Shown: positions 1-13,900 of the stretch, in pieces | Numbering within the stretch: position 1 is the stretch's first letter | How the letters are laid out: every line of letters starts with the position of its first letter | NCBI GenBank assembly: GCA_965603825.1 | Contig: CBFDEM010000013.1 | Coordinates: 62,001-126,000, forward strand | Origin: Blepharisma stoltei ATCC 30299 | Taxonomy: Eukaryota > Protista > Ciliophora | Reading direction: 5' to 3' | DNA length: 64,000 nucleotides | Translations under genes and position numbers: made by a program | The notes under the pieces: model-generated | Databases searched by the model: none | Told to the model about the DNA's origin: nothing | The model's input: the letters and a program-made list of their open reading frames with translations, nothing else

Positions 1-1199
1 ATTTCTGGCTCACAGCATGGTTCTAATCTGATAGTTAAATCTCCTAATATTTTTGAATTTCCATTTCTTTGTATCTGATACTGCTTTGTCTCAAAGTCTT
101 CTTTTTTCATTTTTAGGTCTAAATTTTCTTTATGAGAGTCAAGTGTATTAAAGCTTTCTTTTCGCTTCATTTCTAAGACATTTAATTTATTTCTATGTTT
201 TGTTATTTGCAACGACGTTTTATTCAGTCTATTTTTGGTAGCCTCCAACAATTTCATATGCGCTTGAGCTTTATACTTATCTTGCTTCAGCTGTGCGTAA
301 TTTACATTTAGTTGCTCCTTAAAAGCTTCTAATTTTTTCCTTTCTTCATTTATATAGTTTCTCTCCTTACTAACCCTCAATTTCTCTTGTGCCAAAAAAT
401 CTTCCCTTTTCGATAAATTTTGTTTTAAAATTTGAATTTCATTTTTTTCGTTTACTAAATTTTGGGCTTGTTTATTGATCCTATACAAGCACTCTTTTAC
501 TTTTTCTTCCTTTATTTTTATTCGGGTTTCTTGGTCAAGTTTACGTCTCGAGTCAGAAATTTCAAGCGAGTCTTCTCTTTCTCTTTCTTCAGTTTCGCTA
601 CGTCTTTGGTCTGATCTAGGCAGTTTAAGTTTAGTATCATTCCTCAGCGATTTATTTGACAATTTATTGAAGTCGTTTTTCTTTGAAAATTCTTCTTTAA
701 TGTCAACAGAATTATTAGTCGAGTGGGTACTAACAACTCCGAACATAGAGCTATCGGTGTATCTTCTGTCAATTTCTCCTTCAAACTTAAGCATGATTGA
801 CCCGATTGTGTCTCCTTTGAGATTTTGGAGACTCCATCAGTTAGAAAAGCGGCCTTGAGAAACTTCTTTTACGTTAATATCACAACTCCCAACTTCTTTT
901 TCTCCAAAAATCATTTCCTTGTGGTGCACTACGACTTTTAAAGAACTTGACTCTTTTATTCGAAATTCATAAGTGGCATTTCATTTTGGGTTTGAGCCAG
1001 AAAGGCTGTGAGTTTTTCATTCAATTTGATCACTATTAATTTTGCAATATAACTTCATAGAACCTAATGTAGCTACATTTATATTGATTCTTGCTTCAAC
1101 AATTTTAACACATAGCGAAATAAATTTTTTGCAGGCTCGTTCTGAGTGGATTTCGCTTTGACAGTCTGGTTTCGGTCTAACGATTTGGCTCTTATGCAT
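1..1199 (-). CDS. C2-domain plus coiled-coil protein (3' end runs off the window)
   Basis: ATG at 1199. The frame has no TAA/TAG down to position 1. TGA=Trp at 1017, 981 and 837. TGA 981 gives the C2 motif GSNPKWNATYEF, followed by an E/K/R-rich coiled-coil tail. Confidence 0.85.
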
Positions 1200-1902
1200 T
1201 TTAATATGGATAAATAGGGATTTTATATTTTGAAGTGCATTTTTGGATTCATAAGCGAAAAAGATATGGTTAAAATAAAATACAGAATGGAAAAGCCTTG
1301 GCTTTAACGGAAATTTAAAGGAAAATATTTAAAAATGCATAAGATTGCGAGTGGTTATTTTACGAAAATTCGAAATAAGAGGGATTATTTGTATTTTGAT
1401 AATAAACTAATTTTCTAGCACTTATAACTTTTACCTGAAGCGTGTTGCCTCTTTATTGCTTCAATTTTCTGCATGCCAAATACCTTTCAGTTAGAATTCA
1501 GATCGGAACTAATATTAACTTAATGTAAGCCAAAAATACATTTATTATGCGAAGAGTTTGCTCTAAAGGTATATATTATCACTAAAGCGTTTTATAGTTT
1601 TCGTTTTATTAATATATTTTTCACCAGTTTTTAGCTTATTGGTAATTAACTTATATAGGTTTAAAATTTGGGGTTTATTCAATAAAAATCAAGTTTAATA
1701 ACAAAAGATAATAACTGTTCTTAAGCACGATTTATTTTCTGTATAAACATAAAATTATTTTTACCTAATCGTATCTCCATTTTAGTAAATCGAATTATAT
1801 ATAAGTTTTCTCTTTATTCAAAATTTTTATTTCTTGCTTTTATTTATCCTTGCTCTATTATTCTCAGTTAATCCACTATCCCAAATAACTTTATAATAAA
1901 TC

Positions 1903-4900
1903 ATGGCTGACATTGAAGAACCTCCAATAGAGAACCCAGAGGAGGAAAAACCGCCATCAGCAAATCAAGATGAGCTTGCGTCCCCCAGCTCTGAAGCTGC
2001 TGGACAATCCCAACTTGACTCTCCTTCCAAGCTTCCAGGCCCTGATTCTCCAACTGACACTCATCTTCTCAGCGGCGAAAATTTCGAAAACCCAGATCTC
2101 CTTGCTGACGGTGAAAATCCTAACAGCGACCCTAGAATTATTGAAGAAAACAAAGAAGATCTCCCAGACGACCAATTCGAGATCTACAATGAAGAAGAAA
2201 AAAGTCCTCAAACCAAAGCAATAATTCCTACCAATATGTGCATTGAATGGATCAAGCTGAAAATAGAGCTTGATGAATACACCCCAGAGCTATGGAGAGA
2301 CGAATATAATGAAATTGTGAACGATTTTCTCAATGAAGAACAAATAGCTAAACTTTTCTTTTGGACTGATGAATCCAATGGTTTACAAGTTTCTAATATA
2401 AATCCTCCACAGCTAGCCAAAGAGTCCAACGGTTTTGTGTACTTTATTAAGCCTCCAAATATTCCAGAAAAAATCACCGCAGGAAATATAGATAAATATT
2501 TGCTTGTAGGGACTGTGGATAAGCCTATATTAGATGCACTGCTGGAGTATATGAATATTAGCTTTGTCCCGCTTATAAAAAGGGAACAGAAGTGGCCTGA
2601 ATCAGTTAAAAAAGAATTTTTGAACAATTTGCATAGTTTTATGGGAAATATTACTGAGATTTCACATCAACAGAAGGGTAGCACCATTTTGTACATCCCC
2701 AATGAAGAAATTGCAGACCCAGAATATGCAGCAAAGGATAAGGATTTAGTGCACAGACTGGAGTCGACACTCATAAGATGGACACGACAAATAAGAGATG
2801 TGGTCAATAATCAGGACTCCCAGCAGGAAAATGAAAATGCAGGGCCACTGGACGAAATCCACCATTGGAATTTGAGGACAGGGAATTTATCAAGAATTAA
2901 TGACCAATTAAATAAACCTGATCTGCAAAAAGTGATCAGAGTATTAAGAGCTGCAGATTCTTCTTATTTAAAAAGATTTGATGAACTTGCGTCACAGATC
3001 AATGAAGGTGCCAAAGAAGCTGAAGACAATTTAAACCATTTGAAAACACTTGCAGACCCTTGCAAGCTGCTAGGGCAAGCCAGACCTAAAGAAATCCCGA
3101 AGCTGATCCCAGATTTGTTGAACAGAGTAAAGGTGATTTTTTACAATTCTTCTTATTATAATACACCAGACAGAATTACTAATTTATTCAGGAAAATTTC
3201 TAATGAAATCATCAACAGGTGCATTTCTATCATCGACATCAATGATATGCTAGGAAACGACGTCAACAAATGCAAAGCAGACCTACGAGAAAGCAAAGAA
3301 TGCGGGGCGGCCTGAAAATCTTTATTTGAAGTCGCCTTTGAAAGCCCAGACTCCACTGAAAAAAAGCTGACCTACAATAAAGGGTCTATTTTCTCTCAAG
3401 TCGATGCCTTCGTCCAACGCTGTGTAGACCTCAAACAGATTTGCAAAGGACAGCTCCAGTTCGCCAGAAAAGACGTAGAAGGTCAAGTCCTCCCCTTATT
3501 CGGTGGCACTCGTGGCCGTGAAATCACCGAAAACATCCTTGAAATAGAAAAATCTTTTAATAAACAAATAGACCGTATCCAGACCTTAGGCTACAACATT
3601 CTTGAGGTAAAGAACACCAAATGGCATGGTGACTATAACAAATTTAAGCTGAAAATGAAGCATTTAGAAAACATGTACAAAAATATCATTGATTTCGCCT
3701 TCCAAGGGATGACAAATGTGACTCAAGGCGTAGAGCTGCTTGAGGCCTTTGACTCGTTGGCGAAGCGAAAAGCGATCAGACAGCATGTGCAGAAGAAGGC
3801 AATTGACGTGTTTGAAAGGTTTAGGGTTGACTTAGATTTGACGAAAAAAGAGTATGATAATAGAAATGAGCCGCCTCTTGCAACTTATCATCCGAAATTC
3901 GGTGGGTCTGCTCTTTGGTTCAGGTCTCTTATATCAAGAATTATCAAGCAAAAAGCCAAACTTGACCAACTGACCTTTATAGATGACGAAGCTGTGCTTA
4001 AAAAGAAAGAAGAAATTTACAAGAAGTTTGAAGACACCCATGATAGACTTAAAGGCTTCATTTCAGGAACTTTATATAAGCAATGGACTGACGAAATCAA
4101 AGAAATGAGCGCAGAAGGCTTACAAAAAAGAATGAAACGTAGAGTTTTCGCCAAAGAAGGAGAAGGTGGTGAGCATATCCCAGGACTTGATCCAAAACTG
4201 CTGAGGAGAAACAAGCAAGGAGCTCTTACAAGTGATTTCGATAAAGGACTGATGAAGCTTGTAGCTGAGGTAAAATGCTGGGAAAAATTGCAGTCATTTG
4301 GTATTATAATTCCTTTTGAAGTGAGTGAAGTTGCCAGCTACAGAGAAGAGTTCCGAATCATTAAAGAAAACGTCCTTTTGGTGGTCAGAGATTACAACAG
4401 CATTATGAACGTCCTTGACGACGATGAAAAAAAGCTCTTTGATTTCCACATAAATTACCTCAACAATAAGCTAAAACCAGGCTGGACCAAAGTTATTGAC
4501 TGGAATAAAAAACAAATCGTGGACTCTACCATCAAAGATTGGAGACGGCAATGCACTGAATGTCTGGATAAAGTCTATAAATATAAGTCAAATACAGAAA
4601 AACTGTATAAAAAATGTGAGGAAATTGGAGAAATCCAACTTTTGCATTTAAATAGAAAACAGTTCAATGAAATTGATGTATTTGAAGAGCAGCAAAATGG
4701 CCATTTAGAACAAGTCAAACCAAAAATCCAAACAATCTGCAGTGAAATGATGGCGATCATAATGGACACCTATGACATTTTTAACCCAACCGCCGACTTA
4801 AAGTTCCAATCCCAAAACCAGTCTATGGAAACAGTCTACTCCCAATGGCAAGTCTACCTCCAACAAATTGACAAAAAGCTTGAAGAGTCCCTTAAGCGTG

Positions 4901-7900
4901 CTGTCAAACATTCCTTAAGCGAAATGAACAAAGCTATCAACGGAGACTCCAAAAATGAGCCAAACCCAGTGTTTCTCCTACACGTTACCCTTGATGAACA
5001 TAAGCAGAAGACTGATTTTAGGCCTTTAAGAGAGACTATGAAAGAAATGATATTCAGGGTACTAAATAGGATCATTGATATCAATAAATTTGTGACGAAA
5101 ACCCAAGAACTGTTTTCACAGCAGAGGCAGCTTTTTGCACAAAAGGTCGATAAATTGACGCCGAATGCTGTTTTAGCACAAGCTATGCTGGGAGAGCCTA
5201 AAAGAGAAGAGTCTTTGTTAAAAGTGACTGAAGAGATTAAAGATGACGAAGATGAAAAATGTGTCCCATCTTTTAAAAAGGATAAAGAAATCGCAAGTGT
5301 AATGAAAAGCATCTCAAAAGGCATCGAAAAATGCAATGTCAAGCTGGACGACAACCTGAAAAACTGGATGCGTGAGCACTATACCAAAGTCTGGGAAAAG
5401 TCAAAAACTCTCTTTTTGAAGCGTAAAAAAGACCAAAGACCAGACGCATCCAGCTTTGAAGAAGACATAAAGCATTATAATGAAGTCATTGGAGATGTAA
5501 ACAGCAGCGCTACAAGTGAAGCTGTTTTCTTTGTAATGGTTGACAATACAGATATCCAGCATATTATTACAAAATACTGCACAGATTGGATTAATTCTAC
5601 AACAGACCTTGTAAATGAAATTGCTAGAGAAGAACTTAATGCCCTCTACGACCTTTTCGAAAAAAGTACCAAAGAGCTTGGAGTCTACCCAGCCGATATT
5701 TTCCATCTAAAAAGATCTAGGGACAGACTTAAAGAGCTCGAAGGAAAAGTGGCCCAAATCCAAAAAGAAATTCCCCCAATAAAGTCTAAATATGAGCTTC
5801 TTGACAAATATGACGTCCAGTACCCACAAGATGAAGGGCTAAGACTGATAGAGCTAGATGAAAAATTCGAGTCTTGGAAAGAAATGCTTCAGCAGTCATC
5901 AGTGAAGCTAGAAAAATCATCAAGAGAGTTCGAAAAAGAAGTGCACAAGTCCTGGAAAGACTATGAAAAAGCAGTCGAAGAGTCTTATAATGAGTTTAAA
6001 CAGAGTGCACCATTTAACATTGACAACATGTCAAACTCCCACGCCAAAAAAATCACAAAAGAATTCAAGAACCGCCTTGCAGGTCTTAAAGAGCGTGAAG
6101 AAAGCATGCAATTTGGCATCAAATTATTCGAAATTTCTTCATACACCCCTGGCTCTATTTCAGTCATGGAAAAAGAGCTTGAACTGCTTGACGAAGTCTG
6201 GGATTTGAAAGGCAGATGGGACGAACAGTGGAATTCGTGGAAAACTACCAGCTTTTATAGCCTAAATGTGGCAGCAATGACTGAAGTAGGTAATGAGTTT
6301 ATTGAGAGCTTAAAAGAATTAGAAAAAGACATTAAACAATGGGGAGTTTGGAACTATCTGAATTCCAGCCTTAACGTATTTTTAAATACTATGCCACTTA
6401 TAAGGCAGCTCTCCCACAAAGCGATTCAAGATAGGCATTGGGATGAGCTTAAAGCAGAAATCAAGCAGCAGTTCAACCAAAAAGCGCCAGACTTTACTAT
6501 GGAGACTATATGGCAGTACAACTTGCACCAATACGGAGACTATATAGCAGATCTATTTTTGAGGGCTCAGCAGCAGTTAGGAATTTATGACACTATTAGG
6601 CAGATTGACGAAGCCTGGAAAAGAATGAATTTAGAAGTCATCATATATAAAGAAAATTACTTAAAACTAAGAAGCACTGATGAGATTTTCCAAGTCCTTG
6701 AAGAAAATATTGTAGCATTGAGCTCAATGAAATCCCAGGTCCACTCAGAGCCGTTCCAAGACGAAATTGCCCGGTGGGAGTTTACCCTCAGCCAAATTAA
6801 TGATACTATTGATGTACTTTTGCAAGTCCAAAGGCAATGGCTTTATTTAGAGTCCATTTTTGTAGGAAAAGACCAAGAAGAATTTTCGAAAAAACAGCTG
6901 GCTTCAGAAAGAAGCGATTTTATGAGGGCAAATGACAGGTTTATGGAAGAAATGAAAAGGATTGAAAATGACCCAAATGCCAAAAAGGCGCTTTGCCATC
7001 CTGGATTTTATGATACTTTAGCTGATTTAAATAACTTGTTAGATAAGGTGAAAAAAGGACTAGACCAGTTCTTGTCAATGGAAAGAAGCAAGTTCCCCAG
7101 ATTTTATTTCTTATCTGATGACGATTTATTGAATATCCTCGGACAAGGCAAAAACCCTAAAGAAATCCAACATCACATTAAAAAACTTTTTGAAGGGATT
7201 AAGCAGCTAGAAATGTCTGACTCCTACAAAAGACCAGAACCAGGAGAAAGAGGGAATAGGGCACAAAAAGTCAATGAAATCATAGGAATGATTGCAGCTG
7301 ACACTGAACTTGTGAAGCTTGAAATAAAAGTAACTGCTGAAGGAGAAGTGGAACAATGGCTTGAACAGCTTGAAAAATCAATGCAAATTACTTTGAAAAA
7401 ACTGTTGAATAAATGCTACTTGAAAACAGCTGGAAAAGAAAAGAAACAGTGGATACAAAATTGGCCTGGGCAGCTTGTGCTGACTTCTGCTCAGATTAAA
7501 TGGACACAGGACACGAAAGCTTCACTTATTAAGTATCAGAGTGACACTGAAAAGAAGAATCCATTGAAAGACCAATTAAGGCTGCAAAAAAGATATATAA
7601 AGAAGCTTGTAGATTATGTGAGAGAGCCTAAAGATGAAATTGATAGAAATAAGCTTGTAGCTTTAATTACTTTGGAGCAGCATGCAAGAGAAGTCTTAGT
7701 TAAACTTATTGACAAAAATATTGCATCTCCTAACGACTTCGAATGGATCCAACAACTTAGATTCGAAAAAGAAACCAAGCCAGAACTGGACGAATGAATT
7801 TGCACAGTAAACCAAACCAACACCTGCTTCGAATATGGCTACGAATACCAAGGCAACAACGGACGACTCGTCGTAACCCCTCTGACTGACAGATGCTACA

Positions 7901-10900
7901 TGACCTTAACCACCGCCCTTCACATGAAAAGAGGAGGTGCTCCACAAGGCCCCGCAGGCACAGGCAAGACAGAAACTGTCAAAGACTTAGGCAAAAACAT
8001 GGCGAAATTTGTTATTGTCATCAACTGTTCAGAATCTCTCGATTTTTCAAGCTTGGCAAGACTTTTCTCTGGCTTTGCCCAGTCTGGAGCTTGGGGCTGT
8101 TTAGATGAGTTTAATCGTATTGAGGTAGAAGTGCTCAGTGTGGTTGCCCAGCAGATTTCTAGGATACAAATGGCTATTAAAGAGAATAGAAAACAGTTCA
8201 TGTTTGAAGGGTCCACTATATCACTTAACCCAAGCTGCGGTATTTTTGTGACGATGAATCCTAATTATGCAGGAAGATCTGAACTTCCTGACAACTTGAA
8301 GTCGCTATTCAGGCCAATTTCTATGATGGCGGCTGACTTGCAGTTGATTTCTGAAATTATGCTGCTTTCTGAAGGCTTTGAAGAAGGAGGAATTCTAAGT
8401 AAAAAAATGGTGACTCTTTATTCCTTAATGGTCCAGCAGCTTTCCAAACAAGACCACTACGACTTTGGTATGAGAGCTCTTAAATCAGTCCTCACCTTAG
8501 CAGGCGGTATGAAGCGTGAGCGTCCTACAGAAGACGAAAAAATGCTGTTAATGAAAGCTCTCTACGACATGAACATGCCCAAACTCGTCACCGAAGATGT
8601 CGATCTTTTCTTAGCCTTACTTACAGGCATTTTTTCAGGCGTTGAGCTCCCAGAAACCGAAAACACAATCTTGAAAAACGAAGTCATCGCAGAACTCGAA
8701 AGAAATGGCCTTATCCCTACAGAACTTATAGTAAAAAAATGCTTACAGCTATACGACAGTAAGCGAACCAGGCACGGAAACATGCTTGTCGGCGCCGCAT
8801 TATCAGGCAAAAGCACTATCTGGAAAACCTTAAAACAAGCCTTATGCAACTTATCCAAAGCTAACACTCCAGGGTATATTGTAGTAAAAAATCGTGTATT
8901 AAACCCTAAATCAATTACCTTAAAAGAGCTTTATGGCTGGTACGACAGCGCTAATGAGTGGCATGACGGGATTTTGTCTAAAACAATGAAAGAAATGTGC
9001 GAAGAAGAAGGAAACGACCTAAGATGGCTTATTTTGGACGGACCAATTGATACTAAATGGATAGAAAGCATGAACTCAGTCCTCGACGATAACAAATTAT
9101 TAACCTTGGTAAACGGAGACAGAATTTCGTTACCCCCTAATGTCAGACTTCTTTATGAAGTCGAAAACTTAGCAGTCGCCAGCCCCGCCACCGTTTCCAG
9201 AGCTGGTATGATATACATTGACGTCAAAGAGCACGGCCATATGCCTTACTTCCAGTCATGGCTTAAGAAAAAAGACCCAGAAATCGCTAATTTCCTTAAC
9301 GAAATGTTCACAAAATACGCTGTAAAAGTAATGGAATGCAAAAGAGTCAAATGTGCTGAACCAGTCCAAACTAATGTGATTAACTCTGTAATTGCCCTGA
9401 CTAATGTATATGATGCTTTTGCAACTGGGGCTGATTTAGATAAAAATGATGACGCGTATTGGCTACTATTGGAAAAATGGTTTGTGTTTTCGCTGGTTTG
9501 GAGTATTGGGGCGACTGTTGATGAACAAGGGAGAGATACGATTGATACATGTATAAGAGATATTGAGAGTGGATTTCCGCACTCAGGGTATATTTATGAT
9601 TATTATGTGAATATTGAGAAAAAGGAGTGGGTTAACTGGGCTGAAAGACTGTCAGCTAAGCCGACAATAACTCAGGGGACTGCGTTTAGTAGGATTTTTA
9701 TACCTACTGTGGATACTTTTAGGAACCTTGAAGTCATGAAAGGACTTGTCAAAGGCCACCATCACGTCTTATCAGTCGGAGGCACAGGCACTGGTAAAAC
9801 TGTATTAATCACCACTGGGCTTCTTGGCACATTAGACGACTCTTTTACCTTTTTCACTATAAACTTCTCAGGCCAAACACCTTCAGGTAAAACCCAAGAT
9901 ATCATAGAAACTTCATTAGAAAAAAGGACGTCCAACAAGCGCGGCCCTCCAGGCAACAAAAGGTGCGTCATGTTTGTAGACGACCTCAACATGCCACGAA
10001 AAGACGAATTTGGGTCACAACCTCCATTAGAATTGCTGAGAGAATGGGCTGACTATGGATACTGGTATGACAGGCAAAAACAGTCAATTTTGTATATTCT
10101 TGATCTCCAGATGGTAGCTGCTATGGGACCTCCAGGCGGTGGGAGAGCTGTGGTTTCTCAACGAATTTTGGGACATTTTAATACTATCAATTTTACAGCG
10201 CCTAATGAGTCACAAATGAGAAGGATTTACAATACAATTATTTCTCACCATTTGTCAGATTTTGATGACGAAGTCAAATCTTTGGCTGAGATGTTCACCC
10301 AATGCACAATTAATCTTTATAACAAAGTCAGAGATATTTTCTTGCCAACTCCTAATAAGTCACATTATGTGTTCAATATGAGAGATATTTCTCGTGTTTT
10401 CCAAGGAATGTATAGAGCTGATAAAAATTTCCACGATTCTAAAGAGTCTTTAGTAAAGCTATGGGTTCATGAATGCTTAAGAATTTTCCATGATAGGCTT
10501 GTTAATTATGAGGATCAAAATGTTTTCAAACAAATGATTGAAGAGCAGCTAGGAGCTGGCTTTGCTATGAACTATCAGCAGTGCTGCTTAGCTATCCCTG
10601 ATGGAGAAAATACCAATTATCTTGACCCTGTTTTTATTGATGAAAACTTAAGACCAGATGGTGTAAATGTATATGACGCAGTAGACAGCCAAGAGACACT
10701 GAGAAATACCTTGGATTCTAAGCTGCTTGATTATAACACAACTCCTAAGCACTTGTCTATGAACTTGGTGCTCTTCAAAGAAGCCATTTTTTACCTTTGC
10801 AGAATTCATAGAGTATTAAAGCAAGAATCAGGACATGCTTTATTGGTAGGTGTTGGTGGTAGTGGCAGACACTCTTTGACAAGGCTTGCAACTTTTGTAG

Positions 10901-13900
10901 CAGGGTATGAGTTGGTGCAATTAGAAATTAATAAAAATTATAAAATCAATGAATTCCGAGAAGACATCAAAAAAATGAAAGCTACCACAGGCATCGATAA
11001 CAAATCCTTAGTATTCTTATTCTCAGATAATGACATCGTTAATGAAATTTTCTTAGAAGACGTCAATAACATTTTATCATCAGGAGAAGTCCCCAATATC
11101 TACACTAACGATGAGCTAAAAGAAATCAGAGAATCCATGAAAAAGCACGCGAAACTCCAAAAACGAGCTGAAACCCCAGATTCCCTTTATAATCTCTTCG
11201 TAGAGCGAGTAAGGCATAATCTTCACATCTGTTTCTGCATATCTCCTGTAGGTGCCCAGTTCCGTGACTACTGCAGAGTTTACCCTGCCTTAATTAACAA
11301 CACTACTATAAACTGGTTCATGCCATGGCCTCAAGACGCCTTATACGAAGTCGCTAGAAAATATACTACCGAACAATTAGAATTTAAAGACAACATAAAG
11401 CTCGCTATTGCTGAAGTTTTCTGCCAAATGCACCTAAATGTTGCTGAAGCTTCCCAAAAAATGCATAATGAGCTTAAACGACCTACCTATGTAACCCCTA
11501 CCCATTACCTTGACCTGGTCTCAGGCTATGTCAATCTACTAAAGAAAAAACAAACAGAAATCGGAGATATGGCAAATAAGCTTAGAAATGGTCTTGGAAA
11601 GCTAGAAGACGCCAAAACTGAGGTCGAAAAAATGTCAAAAGAACTAGAAATCACCAAAACTGAGGTCAGCAAAAAGCAGCAGCAGTGTGAAGACCTCATG
11701 ACACAAATTAACCAAGAACAAAGCAAAGCAGAAAAAGGCCAAAAAGAAATGGAGCATAATAAAGAAGAAATTGAAAAAGAACAAAAAAGAGTAGAGGCAT
11801 TGGCGGCTGAAGCGCAGCTAGATTTGGATAAGGCGCTGCCTGCGCTATTGGAGGCTGAAGCTGCTTTAGAGAAATTAGAGAAAAAAGAAGTAGCTGAAGT
11901 CCGTTCTTATTCGAATCCACCAAAGCAGGTAGAGCTGGTGATGGAAGCAGTGCTTATCATTATGGCCCCTGGAGAAAAACCATCCTGGGCAAGTGCTAAA
12001 AAGGTGCTAAATGACCCTAACTTTATATCAAATATCAAGAATTATGACAAAGAAAACATGCCGAAAAAAGTCTTGAAAAAGCTAGAGCCATACACACAAA
12101 ATCCTAATTTCACTCCTAAAGCTTTAGAATCTATCTCAGTAGCTGCTATGGCCTTATGCCAATGGGTGCATGCCTTAGAATCCTACTCCAAAACCTTCCA
12201 AGATGTCGAGCCTAAGCGAAAAGTTGTCATGGCTTATGAGTCCAACCTTAGAAAAATGGAGGACAAGCTAGGCGATTTGGTAGCAAACTTAAAAGAACTA
12301 ACTGACACTATAGAAAGCTTAGACAAACAGCTAAAAGAACAAGAGGATGAACGAAAACAATATGAAGAGCAAGCCAAAGACCTGCAGCTTAAGCTGGAAA
12401 GAGCAGAAAAACTAGTCTCAGGGCTTGGAAGTGAAAGAATTAGATGGGAAAATTCTTTACTTAATTATGAACAAATGTATACAAAACTCCCTGGGGACTG
12501 TTTGGTAAGTGCAGGGTTTTTAGCATATTTAGGACCTTTTACGAATGTGTATAGGGATGATTTAATTGAGAAAAAGTGGATACCATTGGTCAAAAGAAAA
12601 CAAATCCCGATGACGGCTGATTTTGAAATCACGAAATTTATGGCGAAGGCTACAGAAGTCAGGGAGTGGAACCATCAGAAATTACCTACTGATAAGTTTT
12701 CTATTGAAAATGGTATTTTAGCCCTGAGAAGCTCAAGGTGGCCACTCATGATGGACCCTCAGCATCAAGCTAATACTTGGGTTAAAAACCTAGAAAGGTC
12801 GCTAAAGGTATTTAACCCTCAGAAAAAATACATGCCTTATTTAGAAGAAGCTATTAGAACAGGTCTGCCATTTTTATTAGAAGATGTAGAAGAAGATATT
12901 GACCCTTCATTAGACCCTGTCCTGAAAAAAGCAGTCCAGAAAAGAGGAAAAGTCCAAGTAATGAAGCTTGGGGATAAAGAAATCGCATATAACCAAAACT
13001 TCAGGTTTTTCATCACCACAAGGATGCCAAATCCTCACTACACCCCTGAAATTTCTACAAAAACGACTCTAGTTAACTTCCAGGTCAGAGAAAAAGGGCT
13101 AGAAGACCAGCTGCTTGGACTTCTTGTAGGAAAAGAAGACCAGAAGCTTGAAGAAGACAAAGATAGGCTAGTTCTTTCAATTGCTAGCAATAATAAAGAC
13201 CTTATTCAGCTTGAAGACGAAATTTTATCGTCTTTGACTAAAAGCTCAGTTTCCTTGCTTGACGATGAAAATTTGATTTCTTCTTTGCAATATGCCAAAA
13301 TTAAAGGAGAAAAAGTAAAGCAGGATCTAGAAGTAGCAGAATCGACTATTAGGAAAATTGACAGTATGAGAGAAAACTATAGACCATGTGCCACTAAAGC
13401 TTCAACGCTTTATTTTGTTATTTCGAATTTAAGTTATGTGGATCCTATGTATCAATTTTCATTAGAAAGCTATTTGGATTTGTTTAGTGACTCAATTATT
13501 AAGTCCAAAGAAAAATTCCCAGTGTGGGACTCTATTCCAGACCGTATTAGTAGTCTTGATAAGTTCCATATGAAAGCAGTTTACACCACAACTTGCCGCG
13601 GTCTCTTTGAAAAGCACAAACTTCTCCTATCCCTCCAAATGTGTGTAGAGCTTAAAAAACTTAACGACTCCATCGCTTTAGACGAATACAACTTCTTTTT
13701 AACAGGCGGAGTTGTGATTGGTGATGACCCAGAAAGAGCCCAAAACCCTGATCCAGAGTGGATTACTCGTGAAATGTGGGACAATATTACAGAGCTTGAA
13801 AGAACAGTCCCTTCATTCCAAGGTATCGTCGGGTCAATGGTTGTAAGTCGCAAAGAATGGCGTAGCTGGTTCCAGACCTCTGAGCCTGAGCTTGAACATT

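Noticed and set aside
1200-1902. RNA gene or small ORF in the spacer upstream of dynein
   Set aside because: No tRNA, snRNA or convincing ORF features were recognised; it is consistent with a divergent promoter region.
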